A DNA stretch of 64,000 bases from an uncultured Acidobacteriota bacterium (GTDB taxonomy: Bacteria; Acidobacteriota; Thermoanaerobaculia; Multivoradales; JAHEKO01), in NCBI GenBank assembly GCA_963713825.1, contig CAVQNG010000025.1, forward strand, positions 768,001 to 832,000, given 5' to 3'. Below, one piece after another: positions 38,638 through 48,763 of this stretch. The position numbers and the translations under genes are program-made. The stretch's first letter is position 1; each line of letters starts with the position of its first letter. The notes beneath the pieces are model-generated. The model was not told the DNA's origin. It saw only the letters and a program-made list of their open reading frames with translations, and did no database searches.

Positions 38638-39831
38638 TCAGGAGAGGTAGACCTCCCTGACGGCGTCCATAGCAGCTATTCCCCGGCTGGGATCGGAGGT
38701 CGAGCAGAGCAGATCGCTCAGAGCCTTGAGAAGGGTGTGTACATTCTCGCGCCGGGCAGATTCGCCCATCAGGCCGACTCGCCATACTTTGCCGGCAAAC
38801 TCACCGAGGCCGCCACCGATCTCGATGCTGTGCTCGTCGAGAATTCGCCGTCTAACCTGAGCCTCGTCCAGACCGTCCGGTACCCAGACCGCGTTGAGAA
38901 CAGGCAGTCGGTGACCTTGTTGTGCGGCCGGTTCGAAGCCGAGCTCATGCAAGCCCGCCATCAGAGCACGGCTGTGAAGGCGGTGTCGGGCATAGCGGCA
39001 TTCGAGCCCCTCTTCGAGGACCACTGCCAGGGCTTCGTGGAGGGCGTAGTTCATGGAGATGGGCGCCGTGTGGTGATAGGTCCTTTGGCGCTCGGTCCAG
39101 TACTGCTGAATCATGGCCAGGTCCAGGTACCAACTGATCACCTTGGACCTGCGCCGGCCGAGTTTCTCGATGGCTCTCGGTCCGAATGTCAGCGGCGCGA
39201 GGCCGGGCGGGCAGCTGAGGCATTTCTGAGTTGCCGAGTAGCAGGCATCGATCAGCCACTCGTCGATCTTCAGCTCGATTCCCGCCAGCGAAGTCACGGC
39301 ATCGACGATCAGAAGACAGTCACGCTCCCGGCAGAGTCGACCGATCTCGACCAAGGGCTGGCAGGCTCCCGTCGAGGTCTCGGCATGGACGATGGCGACA
39401 ATTCGAGTGTCGGGAAATCGATCCAGGGCCGCTTCGATCTCTTCCGGCTCGAAGACCTCTCCCCAGGGGCGGTCGATGCGATGCAACTGGCCGCCGATGC
39501 GCTCGACGATGTCGCTCATCCGATTACCGAAGACACCGTTGACGCAGACCAGCACCCCGTCACCGGGCTCGACGAGATTGACGAAAGCCGCCTCCATTCC
39601 AGCGCTGCCGGTCCCCGAGATGGCAATCGTCAACTGGTTCTCGGTGCAGAAGACGTCCCTCAGGCGCTGCTGCGTCTGCGTCATCAGCTCCAGAAACTGA
39701 GGATCCAGGTGACCCACCAGCGGCCGCCCGATCGCCTCGTAGACACGCGAATGGACCATGGACGGTCCCGGGCCCAGCAGGATTCGTCGGGTTGGAGATT
39801 CAACGACCGAGGTTTCGAATTCAGTGGTCAT
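38638..39831 (-). CDS. Class V PLP aminotransferase (alanine-glyoxylate/serine-pyruvate family)
   Basis: LLGPGPS, SGTGSAGMEA, HAETSTG, DAVTS, ATQKCLSCPPG, YHHTAP; start moved to ATG 39831. Confidence 0.92.
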   Translation of the reverse strand: MTTEFETSVVESPTRRILLGPGPSMVHSRVYEAIGRPLVGHLDPQFLELMTQTQQRLRDVFCTENQLTIAISGTGSAGMEAAFVNLVEPGDGVLVCVNGVFGNRMSDIVERIGGQLHRIDRPWGEVFEPEEIEAALDRFPDTRIVAIVHAETSTGACQPLVEIGRLCRERDCLLIVDAVTSLAGIELKIDEWLIDACYSATQKCLSCPPGLAPLTFGPRAIEKLGRRRSKVISWYLDLAMIQQYWTERQRTYHHTAPISMNYALHEALAVVLEEGLECRYARHRLHSRALMAGLHELGFEPAAQQGHRLPVLNAVWVPDGLDEAQVRRRILDEHSIEIGGGLGEFAGKVWRVGLMGESARRENVHTLLKALSDLLCSTSDPSRGIAAMDAVREVYLS

Positions 39832-39899
39832 ACGACATAGCGTGTCACAGGACTCTGGACCAGGGGAAGCGCGGTGTTGGTCGGTCGGGTGGGCGCGAT

Positions 39900-40664
39900 C
39901 TAGGGCTTGATCCAGTCGTCGACAGTGTCTGTGACGTAGGCGGGACGGGTGGTCTCCGACCAGGGCCAGTCGATGAGCAGACCGCTCCCGATGCCCTTGG
40001 CGACGGACTCGCCGAAGAGCAGGTCGACGAGATACATGGCGACGTCGTAGCTGCGGGCTCCACCTTGCGACGTCAGCACCTTGCCGTCGTGAACGAAGCT
40101 CGCATTGACGCGCACGTCCAGGTCCGGGAAGGCCTCGGCAAAAGTCTGGTAGTCGGCTGGAAATGTCGTGCAGGCGTGACCATCCAAGAGCCCTGCTTCG
40201 GCCAGGATGAAGGCTCCCCAGCACAGTGAAACGACGAACCGCGCATCCCCTCCCGCTGCCTTGACCCAGGCCACCAAACGCTCGTCGCTCCGGTTGTCGT
40301 CCCGACTGTGTTCAGCGCTCGGTACGACGAGAATGTCGAGTTTGGGCGCCGTGTCGAAAGTGTAGTCGGGCAGGATTCGGAGACCCTCTGCGGTCGTGAT
40401 GGGACGCTCGTCGGGAGCGACCGTAAAGACTTCGATGCCGGGGTGCGGGGCCGAGTGGGAGGCGGTGTGCTGAAAGACGTCCCAGGGGGCCATCAGCTCG
40501 GTGTTGTAGACGCCGTCGACAATCAGAAAGCCGGCGCGAATCGGGCGGTTCTGAGGCAGGGTCTCAGCGGCCCTGGCAGGCCACGGAATGCCGCCAAGAA
40601 CGACGAGCAGGGCGAGGGCGAAGCCCCGCCCAAAATGCACAGCATGCGGCGTCCCCTTCATCAA
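39900..40664 (-). CDS. DJ-1/PfpI family protein, probably exported
   Basis: Signal peptide (ARA-AE), SLCWGAFILAEAGLLDG, TSQGG. Confidence 0.85.
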   Translation of the reverse strand: MMKGTPHAVHFGRGFALALLVVLGGIPWPARAAETLPQNRPIRAGFLIVDGVYNTELMAPWDVFQHTASHSAPHPGIEVFTVAPDERPITTAEGLRILPDYTFDTAPKLDILVVPSAEHSRDDNRSDERLVAWVKAAGGDARFVVSLCWGAFILAEAGLLDGHACTTFPADYQTFAEAFPDLDVRVNASFVHDGKVLTSQGGARSYDVAMYLVDLLFGESVAKGIGSGLLIDWPWSETTRPAYVTDTVDDWIKP

Positions 40665-40828
40665 TCTCGACCTCCCCGGTGATTGTTGAACAACTGCGGA
40701 AGTCTAGCACCAGGGTGTGCAGTCGGCCCCTCATTCGGGCCTGGTTCGTGGTTGTCATAGAATACGCGCCAACCCAGTCTCCCGAGAGGCTGCACAACCA
40801 GTCGCTATCACTTCCAGGAGGTGTAGTA

Positions 40829-41263
40829 GTGCCTTACAGTCCCCTGATAGTAAACCCCATGAAGGCGGAGCTGACTTCGATCGGGTTCCAAGAGCTCCTG
40901 ACATCTGACGATGTCGATGCGTTCATGACCGACATGCAGGGAACAGCTCTGCTGGTCATCAACTCGGTTTGCGGCTGCGCCGCAGGTCAGGCGCGGCCCG
41001 GAGTTCATCTGGCTCTGCAAAACGAAACTCGCCCCGATCACCTGGTCACGGTTTTTGCCGGACAGGAGACCGAGGCCACCAAGCGAGCTCGGAGCTACTT
41101 CGAGGACATTCCTCCCAGCAGCCCCTGCATCGCGCTGTTCAAAGATGGAGAGTTGGTCTACTTCGTGCCTCGCCACCGGATCGAGAGCCGCACTGCGGAG
41201 GATGTCGCGGCGGATCTCCAATCGGCTTTCGACCGCTATTTCGCTACATCTCCCGCTTCCTGA
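40829..41263 (+). CDS. BrxA/BrxB-family bacilliredoxin
   Basis: AGGAGG RBS plus GTG; NSVCGCAAG.ARP, TVFAGQ..EAT..AR, PPSSP.IALFKDG. Confidence 0.92.
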   Translation: MPYSPLIVNPMKAELTSIGFQELLTSDDVDAFMTDMQGTALLVINSVCGCAAGQARPGVHLALQNETRPDHLVTVFAGQETEATKRARSYFEDIPPSSPCIALFKDGELVYFVPRHRIESRTAEDVAADLQSAFDRYFATSPAS

Positions 41264-41536
41264 ATGGGCACTTTCCACCAGGACAAGGGGGAGCTGCACG
41301 GCATCACCGTCGTCGTCGACACGGTAGGCGATGAGGTCTACATCGGTCGCTGCGACGAGATGACGGAACAGCAGATCATCCTCCACGACGTCGATGTTCA
41401 TCGGGACGGTGAGGAGGGGCGGTCGAAAGAGGACTACGTAGTCCGAGCCGCCCAGTTCGGAATCTGGAAGCAGTTCGAACGGCTGGCGATTCCAGCCGCA
41501 TCCATCGCCTCCGTGCGGCGACTTGGAGATCTCTGA
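41264..41536 (+). CDS. Hypothetical protein, 90 aa
   Basis: Starts immediately after the bacilliredoxin stop; typical GC3 codon usage. Confidence 0.75.
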   Translation: MGTFHQDKGELHGITVVVDTVGDEVYIGRCDEMTEQQIILHDVDVHRDGEEGRSKEDYVVRAAQFGIWKQFERLAIPAASIASVRRLGDL

Positions 41537-41539
41537 GCA

Positions 41540-41908
41540 GTGGCTGCGATGATACTGGCGGCTGGGGCGCTGTGGTGCGCTCTGGCTGTAGCCGCGGGAG
41601 CCTTCGGTGCCCATGCCCTGGCCGACCGTCTCGATGTCCGCTCGCTCGCCCTCTGGGAGACGGCAGCGCGGTACCTGATGTATGGCGGCCTGGGTGCTGC
41701 TCTCGTTGGCATGGCGGGAGTGCAGTGGCCACGTGATGGGCTGGTCTATGCGGGGATCAGCCTTCTCGCTGGAGCTCTCGTCTTCAGCGGCACAGTGGGC
41801 GCCATCGCTCTGGGGGCGCCGCGCTGGCTCGGGGCCGTGACGCCGATTGGCGGCCTCCTCATGATTGCTGGATTCCTCGTTTTTGCCTGGACCGCTTGGC
41901 GGCTCTAG
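41540..41908 (+). CDS. DUF423 (YgdD/TMEM256) membrane protein
   Basis: GAFGAH, FSG, LGAVTPIGG. Confidence 0.9.
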   Translation: MAAMILAAGALWCALAVAAGAFGAHALADRLDVRSLALWETAARYLMYGGLGAALVGMAGVQWPRDGLVYAGISLLAGALVFSGTVGAIALGAPRWLGAVTPIGGLLMIAGFLVFAWTAWRL

Positions 41909-42030
41909 CCGGCGGCCTCGAACATCGTCTCGAGCAATTGCACCTGGCGCGACTCGGCGATACGATGAGCCAGGATCCCTTTCGGGTCCTCTTTCTCACG
42001 AAACGACTTCTCATCACGGAGGTTTGATTC

Positions 42031-43662
42031 ATGGCCAACGGCATCGTGCGCGTTCCGGAACCGATCAATGAGCCCATTCAGCCCTATGGGCCCGGCTCAG
42101 CGGAGAAGGCTTCATTGAAGCAGAGACTCGACCAGATGCTGGTCGAGCAGGTCGAGGTCCCTGTCATCGTCGGTGGTCAGGAGATTCGGACAGGAAAGAC
42201 GGTAGAGACGGTCTGCCCTCATGATCACGGTCACGTGTTGGCGACGGTTCACCAGGCTGGAGCCGCCGAGGTGGACAAGGCTGTGGCAGCGGCGGGGGAG
42301 GCCTGGAAAGAATGGTCAGAGATGAGTTGGGAGGCTCGTGCGGCGGTGTTCCTGAAGGCCGCCGACCTGCTGGCCGGGCCTTGGCGGGACACGCTCAACG
42401 CCGCCACGATGTTGAATCAATCGAAGACCGTGTTCCAAGCCGAGATCGACTCGGCTTGCGAGTTGGTCGATTTCTGGCGTTTCAACCCCTACTACATGCG
42501 GCAGCTCTATACCGAGCAACCCGGTTCGGTGCGTGGGCTCTGGGACTATGTCGAGTTTCGGGCTCTCGAGGGTTTTGTTTTTGCGGTAACACCGTTCAAC
42601 TTCACGTCGATCGCCGGCAATCTTCCCACCGCACCAGCGCTCATGGGCGACGTGGTCTTGTGGAAGCCGGCCTCCACCTCACCGCTGTCGGGTTACTACA
42701 TCATGAAGCTCTTGGAAGAGGCGGGCCTGCCTCCCGGGGTCATCAACTTCCTGCCAGGCCGCGGCTCTCAGGTCGGCAATCCAGTCATGGCGCGGCCCGA
42801 GTTGGCCGGCATCCACTTCACAGGTTCCACGGCCGTGTTCCAGGGGATGTGGAAGCAGATCGGTAGCGATATCGCCAACTACCAAACCTATCCCCGCATC
42901 GTCGGTGAAACCGGTGGCAAAGACTTCGTATTCGCCCACCCTTCAGCCGATGTCCAGTCTGTGGTGATCGCCCTGGTACGGGGCGCCTTCGAGTACCAGG
43001 GACAGAAGTGCTCGGCTGCCTCACGAGCCTACATCCCGAAATCGCTTTGGAGTCGGGTCAGGAGCGGTTTGGAGAAGGAAGTCAGCGATATCGCAGTGGG
43101 AACGCCGATGGACTTCCGGAATTTCATGTGCGCCGTCATCGACGAAGCCAGTTTCGACAACACCATGAGCTATATCGACTATGCCAAGTCGACCGACGGT
43201 TTCGAGATCGTCTGTGGAGGTGAAGGGGACAAGACGGAGGGCTACTACATTCAGCCCACGGTCGTGCTGTCCACGGATCCGCGCTCGAAGCTCATGCAGG
43301 AGGAGATCTTCGCCCCGGTCCTGACCATTCACGTCTACGACGATGCCGCTCTGGAGGAGACGTTGGAGCTCTGTGATACGACGAGCCCGTATGCCTTGAC
43401 AGGTGCGATCTTCGCCACCGACCGCAGGGACATCACCAAGATGGCGAATGCTCTGCGGCACTCGGCCGGCAACTTCTACATCAATGACAAGCCGACCGGC
43501 GCTGTCGTTGGCCAACAGCCCTTCGGTGGTTCGCGGGCCTCGGGTACCAATGACAAGGCCGGATCGATGATGAACCTGCTCCGGTGGACCTCGCAGCGCT
43601 CGATCAAAGAGACCTTTGTCTCACCCACCTCGTTCGCCTATCCGCATATGGGCGAGGAGTAG
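42031..43662 (+). CDS. pruA: L-glutamate gamma-semialdehyde (P5C) dehydrogenase
   Basis: QAEIDSACE, PFNFT, GETGGKDF, FEYQGQKCSA, NDKPTGAVVGQQPFGG.RASGTNDK. Confidence 0.95.
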   Translation: MANGIVRVPEPINEPIQPYGPGSAEKASLKQRLDQMLVEQVEVPVIVGGQEIRTGKTVETVCPHDHGHVLATVHQAGAAEVDKAVAAAGEAWKEWSEMSWEARAAVFLKAADLLAGPWRDTLNAATMLNQSKTVFQAEIDSACELVDFWRFNPYYMRQLYTEQPGSVRGLWDYVEFRALEGFVFAVTPFNFTSIAGNLPTAPALMGDVVLWKPASTSPLSGYYIMKLLEEAGLPPGVINFLPGRGSQVGNPVMARPELAGIHFTGSTAVFQGMWKQIGSDIANYQTYPRIVGETGGKDFVFAHPSADVQSVVIALVRGAFEYQGQKCSAASRAYIPKSLWSRVRSGLEKEVSDIAVGTPMDFRNFMCAVIDEASFDNTMSYIDYAKSTDGFEIVCGGEGDKTEGYYIQPTVVLSTDPRSKLMQEEIFAPVLTIHVYDDAALEETLELCDTTSPYALTGAIFATDRRDITKMANALRHSAGNFYINDKPTGAVVGQQPFGGSRASGTNDKAGSMMNLLRWTSQRSIKETFVSPTSFAYPHMGEE

Positions 43663-43719
43663 CAAAGTTGGCCGATCAGAGGTGAGGGTGGTTCTCAGGG
43701 CGCCAGGTGGGAAAAATCG

Positions 43720-45453
43720 ATGAACGGTGGTGACCTCATTGCGCAGGTCCTCGAGAAGCACGGTGTGCGCTTCCTCTTCACCCTGTGCGGTGGGCACATA
43801 TCGCCGATTCTGGTAGGCGCGAAACAGCTCGGCATTCGGGTCGTGGATGTGCGCCACGAAGCCACGGCTGTCTTTGCGGCCGACGCGGTAGCCAGACTGT
43901 CGGGAACACCGGGTGTCGTGGCTGTGACGGCGGGGCCAGGGGTCACGAACACGATCACGGCCCTGAAGAACGCCCAGATGGCGCAGTCCCCCATCCTGGT
44001 GTTGGGAGGCGCGACGGGCACTGTCTTGAAGGGTCGGGGCGCGCTGCAGGACATCGACCAGATGGCCCTGGTGGCGCCACACGTCAAATGGGCGACCTCG
44101 GTCAGCCGTGTGCGCGACCTGGTGCCTGCAGTCCAAAAGGCGCTCGATCTGGCACGGAGCGGCGTGCCTGGTCCAGTGTTTGTGGAGTGTCCCCTGGATC
44201 TGCTCTACGACGAAGAGCTGGTCCGCGGGATGTATGGCGCCAAAGCGTCAGCAGGCAAGACTCGGAGCCTCGGTCAACGGGCTCTCGGAGCCTATTTGCG
44301 ACGTCATGTGAACCGACTGTTCGCCGGAGCGCAGGACGTCGATATCTCGGAGCCTGTCGCTTCGCCGGTCCCTCTGCCTGCGAGCCGGGAGCTTCGCAAG
44401 GCGGCCAGGATCCTCGCTGCGGCTCGCAGTCCGGTTCTCATGGTTGGCAGCCAGGCCCTTCTCGAGACGGACCAGGTCGAGGCTCTGGCGGCGTCCGTCG
44501 AGAGGCTGGGAATCCCCGTCTATCTGTCCGGGATGGCGAGAGGGCTGTTGGGTAGGAATCACCCTTTGCAGCTCCGCCACAAGCGCCGCGAGGCATTGCG
44601 CCAGGCCGACCTTGTGTTGTTGGCCGGAGTGCCCTGCGATTTTCGACTCGACTATGGACGTCAGATCCCGCGCCAAGCCCGCCTGGTTGCGGTGAATCGA
44701 AGTGCAACCGAGGTACGGAAGAATCGCCGTCCCACCCTCGGTGCGGTGGCCGACCCCGGGCTCTTTCTGATTCGCCTGGCGCAGCTCACGAAGGTCGGAG
44801 AGTCATGGGCCGGTTGGCTGTCGACCCTGCGAGAAAGGGATGAAGAGCGGCAGCGGGAAATCGCTCACCAGGCCAGTACGACGATCGAGAACCTGAACCC
44901 CATCGACTTTCTGCAATCGATCGAAAAGGTCCTTCCCGACGATAGCGTGCTGGTGGTCGATGGTGGCGATTTCGTGGCGACAGCCTCCTATGTTCTTTCT
45001 CCCCGTGGTCCTCTGAGCTGGCTCGATCCGGGCGCGTTTGGCACCCTGGGCGTCGGCGCGGGCTTTGCCCTCGGCGCCAAGCTCTGCCGTCCCGAGGCCG
45101 AGGTATGGCTGTTGTACGGCGACGGATCCTGCGCCTACAGCCTGGCCGAGATCGACACGTTTGTGCGCCATCAGCTGCCGGTGATCGCAGTGGTCGGCAA
45201 CGATGCCAGCTGGGCGCAAATCGCCCGGGATCAGATCGAGCTTCTGAAGGATGATGTGGGTACTGTGCTGCTCCACACGGACTACGATGTCGTTGCCGAG
45301 GGCTATGGCGGCAAGGGCATTCGACTCGCTTCGCCTGCAGGAGCCTCAGCCGCTCTCGCCAATGCTCGTCAGGTGGCCGCAGCCGGCAAACCCGTCCTGA
45401 TCAACGCGATCATCGGCAAGACCGACTTCCGCAAAGGCTCGATCTCGGTGTGA
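43720..45453 (+). CDS. TPP-dependent enzyme, ILVBL/2-hydroxyacyl-CoA lyase-like
   Basis: GGHISP, RHE, TAGPG.TN, GDG....N TPP motif, C-terminal DFRKGSISV. Confidence 0.88.
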   Translation: MNGGDLIAQVLEKHGVRFLFTLCGGHISPILVGAKQLGIRVVDVRHEATAVFAADAVARLSGTPGVVAVTAGPGVTNTITALKNAQMAQSPILVLGGATGTVLKGRGALQDIDQMALVAPHVKWATSVSRVRDLVPAVQKALDLARSGVPGPVFVECPLDLLYDEELVRGMYGAKASAGKTRSLGQRALGAYLRRHVNRLFAGAQDVDISEPVASPVPLPASRELRKAARILAAARSPVLMVGSQALLETDQVEALAASVERLGIPVYLSGMARGLLGRNHPLQLRHKRREALRQADLVLLAGVPCDFRLDYGRQIPRQARLVAVNRSATEVRKNRRPTLGAVADPGLFLIRLAQLTKVGESWAGWLSTLRERDEERQREIAHQASTTIENLNPIDFLQSIEKVLPDDSVLVVDGGDFVATASYVLSPRGPLSWLDPGAFGTLGVGAGFALGAKLCRPEAEVWLLYGDGSCAYSLAEIDTFVRHQLPVIAVVGNDASWAQIARDQIELLKDDVGTVLLHTDYDVVAEGYGGKGIRLASPAGASAALANARQVAAAGKPVLINAIIGKTDFRKGSISV

Positions 45454-45482
45454 CCCCCCTCCCACCCTGAGGGTCGAGGCGG

Positions 45483-45885
45483 CCGGCGTACCTTCGGCCG
45501 ATCTTTGAGGGCTTGGGGGCGTAGGGGCGGGGCCGTTATGTCAGTTTGGCTGCTGAGCTGACCATTTTGCGTGCTAAGTGGTGCTTTTTCGAGGGTAGGC
45601 TGGCACTGCTGGCCGGCACAGGTCCGGCCGCTTCAAGACTCGGACGACCCGAACGGACCCTTGGCACCGGTGAGGGTAGTAGGGGCTTAGGAGCATAGGG
45701 GCTTAAGGGCGTAGGGGGTGAGTCAGTAGTCGGAATCTCGATGTGTCTCGAGGATGGTAGATCGGGCCATGGGTCTCCCTCGTCGGAGGGGCATGGTCGG
45801 GTGAGGCCGCAGACGGGGGAGATCCCTGGCCCGATCGGCCGTCTCAACGCCAAGACCTCAAAGATCGGCCGGAAGGTACGACCGG
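45483..45885. repeat. Intergenic element bounded by ~35-bp imperfect inverted repeats
   Basis: 45483-45516 CCGG-CGTACCTT-CGGCCGATCTTTGAGGGCTTGG versus reverse complement of 45850-45885 CCGGTCGTACCTTCCGGCCGATCTTTGAGGTCTTGG: two 1-nt indels and one mismatch. Confidence 0.8.
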
Positions 45886-45890
45886 ACACC

Positions 45891-46598
45891 TCAATCCTGG
45901 AGGCCCATTTCGCGGTCGAGTGCGGCGGTCAGGGTGTTCATACGGTTCTCGATCTCCAGACGACCGGCTTCGATCGCCTCTGCGTCGGCGTTTCTTGGGA
46001 TCTCCACGAAGCCCTCGACGCGGTAGAGCATTCTGGCAAAGGGCTTCGGCAGAATGAACCGATCCCAGCTGTTGAACTGCCAGGCTCGGTCGGTGCTCCA
46101 GGTTACCCAGACGACCGGCAGCCCAGTCAGGGCGGCCACGAGGGCAACGCCTTGTTTGGCTTGGTAGCGGGGTCCGAGAGGACCGTCGGGCGTGATGGCG
46201 AGGTGACTCTCGCGCGAGGCGGTCACCAGTTGCCTGACTGCGGCCTTGCCACCGCGTGTCGAGCTCCCTCGTACCGAGCCGATGCCGAATCGTTCGACGA
46301 TGCGAGCGATGATCTCGCCGTCGCCGTGCCGACTGATCAGCACTTGGACGGGCTGTAGCTCATCGGCGACCCGAAGCAGACCGATTTGTCGGTTGTGCCA
46401 GAAAGCGAGGATGACCTTGCCGCTCTCTCGTAGTCTTTGCAGGTGCCCAGGTAGGTCGAGCTCGACGCGCCAACTCCTGATCAGGAGGGGAAGGAGGAAG
46501 CCACCAAAGACATGAATGGCGAACCACTCGAGTAGATGCCGCTTCCACCGCTTGCGTCGGGGCGGTCTGGCGCTTTCGGTGTCTTGCACGGCTGCCAT
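45891..46598 (-). CDS. DUF374 / lysophospholipid acyltransferase-like protein
   Basis: FWH, IS.H.DGE, RGSSTRGG, ITPDGP.GP, SWDRF..PKPF. Confidence 0.88.
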   Translation of the reverse strand: MAAVQDTESARPPRRKRWKRHLLEWFAIHVFGGFLLPLLIRSWRVELDLPGHLQRLRESGKVILAFWHNRQIGLLRVADELQPVQVLISRHGDGEIIARIVERFGIGSVRGSSTRGGKAAVRQLVTASRESHLAITPDGPLGPRYQAKQGVALVAALTGLPVVWVTWSTDRAWQFNSWDRFILPKPFARMLYRVEGFVEIPRNADAEAIEAGRLEIENRMNTLTAALDREMGLQD

Positions 46599-46705
46599 TC
46601 TAACGCCGCAGGAGTGGGGAAATGGGGAGCTGTCTCGGCTACACTAGTCGGTGGAGGCAGTGGCCTCCCGCCACGTTGTCGTCCAACCTTCAGGAGGGGA
46701 AGATC

Positions 46706-48754
46706 ATGATTCGACGGACAGCCGGTTTGGCCTTGGGGTTGCTGTGTGTGAGCAGTGGCCTGATGGCGGCTTCGCTTGCCGGGTTTTCGGCCCAGGATCT
46801 GGTGACCATGGACCGAATCTCGGATCCTCAGCCGTCTCCCGACGGCGAGAGTATTGCCTTTGTGAGACGACAAACGGACTTGGAGGCAGACAGGGGGCGT
46901 ACCGACATCTGGATGATCGATGCGACGGGCGCCAACCTTCGTCGGGTCACCAAGCACGAAGCCTCCGACAGCAGTCCCAGATGGTCCGCTGACGGGCGCC
47001 ACCTCTACTTTCTCTCGTCCAGATCAGACTCCTCCCAGGTGTGGCAGGTACGAGCCGGTGGGGGGGATCTGAAACAGGTCACCGATCTTCCGCTGGACGT
47101 CAGCGGTTTTGTGCTGTCGCCTGACGGAGCGAGTGTGGCCCTCGCCCTGGATGTCTTTGTCGATTGCGATGGACTCGATTGCACGCGTCAGAGACTCGAG
47201 GAGCGGGAGGCCGCCAAGGAGACCGGCCGGATCTACGACCAGCTGTTCGTGCGACATTGGGATACATGGAAGGATGGCCGCCGGTCGCACCTGTTCATCC
47301 ACCCGATCGGAGGGGGTCAGGTTGTCGACCTTATGCCCGGGATGATGGCCGACAGCCCCTCGAGGCCGTTCGGCGGTACCGAAGAGATTGCCTTTACGCC
47401 TGATGGCAGGGGCCTTGTCTTCACGGCTCGCGACGTCGGTCCGGCCGAGCCCTGGTCCACCGACTTCGATCTCTACTATGTACCTGTGGATGCTTCGTCA
47501 CCTCCTCGTTGCTTGACCGAAGCGAACGAGGCCTGGGACACCCAACCGGTCTTCTCGCCCGATGGAAAGACCCTGGCCTACCTGGCGATGGAACGACCCG
47601 GGTTCGAAGCCGATCGCTTTCGTATCGTGTTGATGGACTGGAATACCGGGGAACAAGCCGTCTTGACGGAAGACTGGGACTACTCGGCTGGCTCGATCGC
47701 TTTTTCTGCAAGCGGAGACACCATATACACCACGGCTTCAGATCGTGGTCAGGTGTCCCTCTTCTCTATCGACGTCAAGTCCGGCAAGCCTCTGATGCTC
47801 TTGGGTGAGGGCCATGTCCGCTCGCCTGCGGTTGTCGGTGAGAGTATCGTCTTCGGTCTCGACACCTTGAGCTCGCCGGTGGACCTCTTCCTGATGGATC
47901 TCGGGAGCGGCGACTTCCGTCAACTGACCCATGTGAACGCCGATCGTCTCGCCGGCGTCGCGCTGGGGGAAGCGGAGCAGTTCTCGTTTCCGGGCTGGAA
48001 TGGGGAAACCGTCTACGGCTATGTCGTCAAGCCCGCGAATTTCGATCCGTCCCGGGCCTATCCGGTCGCCTTTCTGATCCACGGCGGCCCCCAGGGATCC
48101 TTCGGCAACGACTTCCACTATCGCTGGAATCCCCAGACCTACACCGGTGCCGGATACGCGGCCGTGATGATCGATTTTCATGGCTCGGTCGGCTATGGGC
48201 AGGCCTTCACAGATTCCATCCGGGGCGATTGGGGTGGCAAGCCCCTGGAGGATCTCCAGAAGGGGTTAGCAGCCGCCTTGAAGAACAACCCGTGGATGGA
48301 TGGTGAGCGCGTCTGCGCCTTGGGCGCCTCCTACGGTGGCTACATGATCAACTGGATCGCGGGCAATTGGCCAGAGCGATTTCGCTGCTTGGTCAATCAC
48401 GATGGAACGCTCGATCAACGGATGATGTACTTCTCCACGGAGGAGCTGTGGTTTCCCGAGTGGGAGCACGGAGGCCCCTTCTGGGAGAACCCCGAGGGGC
48501 ACGAGCGACACAATCCGGTCCTGTTCGTGGAGCAGTGGCAGACGCCGATGTTGGTGATCCACGGAGCGCTGGATTTTCGTCTCCCCGAGACCCAGGGCCT
48601 GGCAGCGTTCACGGCCCTGCAGCGGCGGGGTATTCCCAGTCGGTTGCTGTACTTCCCGGACGAGAACCACTGGGTGCTGAGGCCCTCCAACAGCCTCTTG
48701 TGGCACCAGACCGTACTGGACTGGCTCGATCGTTGGCTGAAAGAAGATGGCTAG
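46706..48754 (+). CDS. S9 family peptidase (dipeptidyl-peptidase 5-like), secreted
   Basis: GGAGG RBS, signal peptide, PD40-type repeats, IHGGPQ, GASYGG, D.R, ENHW catalytic residues. Confidence 0.93.
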   Translation: MIRRTAGLALGLLCVSSGLMAASLAGFSAQDLVTMDRISDPQPSPDGESIAFVRRQTDLEADRGRTDIWMIDATGANLRRVTKHEASDSSPRWSADGRHLYFLSSRSDSSQVWQVRAGGGDLKQVTDLPLDVSGFVLSPDGASVALALDVFVDCDGLDCTRQRLEEREAAKETGRIYDQLFVRHWDTWKDGRRSHLFIHPIGGGQVVDLMPGMMADSPSRPFGGTEEIAFTPDGRGLVFTARDVGPAEPWSTDFDLYYVPVDASSPPRCLTEANEAWDTQPVFSPDGKTLAYLAMERPGFEADRFRIVLMDWNTGEQAVLTEDWDYSAGSIAFSASGDTIYTTASDRGQVSLFSIDVKSGKPLMLLGEGHVRSPAVVGESIVFGLDTLSSPVDLFLMDLGSGDFRQLTHVNADRLAGVALGEAEQFSFPGWNGETVYGYVVKPANFDPSRAYPVAFLIHGGPQGSFGNDFHYRWNPQTYTGAGYAAVMIDFHGSVGYGQAFTDSIRGDWGGKPLEDLQKGLAAALKNNPWMDGERVCALGASYGGYMINWIAGNWPERFRCLVNHDGTLDQRMMYFSTEELWFPEWEHGGPFWENPEGHERHNPVLFVEQWQTPMLVIHGALDFRLPETQGLAAFTALQRRGIPSRLLYFPDENHWVLRPSNSLLWHQTVLDWLDRWLKEDG

Positions 48755-48763
48755 AATCGGCTC

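Noticed and set aside
38287-39840. 517-aa plus-strand ORF
   Set aside because: Antisense shadow of the aminotransferase and dehydrogenase genes.
45680-45717. CRISPR array
   Set aside because: Only about 2.4 contiguous 16-nt units, with no spacers and no cas genes.
45536-46358. ORFs 45536-45889 (-) and 45741-46358 (+) as a transposase for the inverted-repeat element
   Set aside because: Low-complexity or antisense translations with no DDE or HUH motifs.
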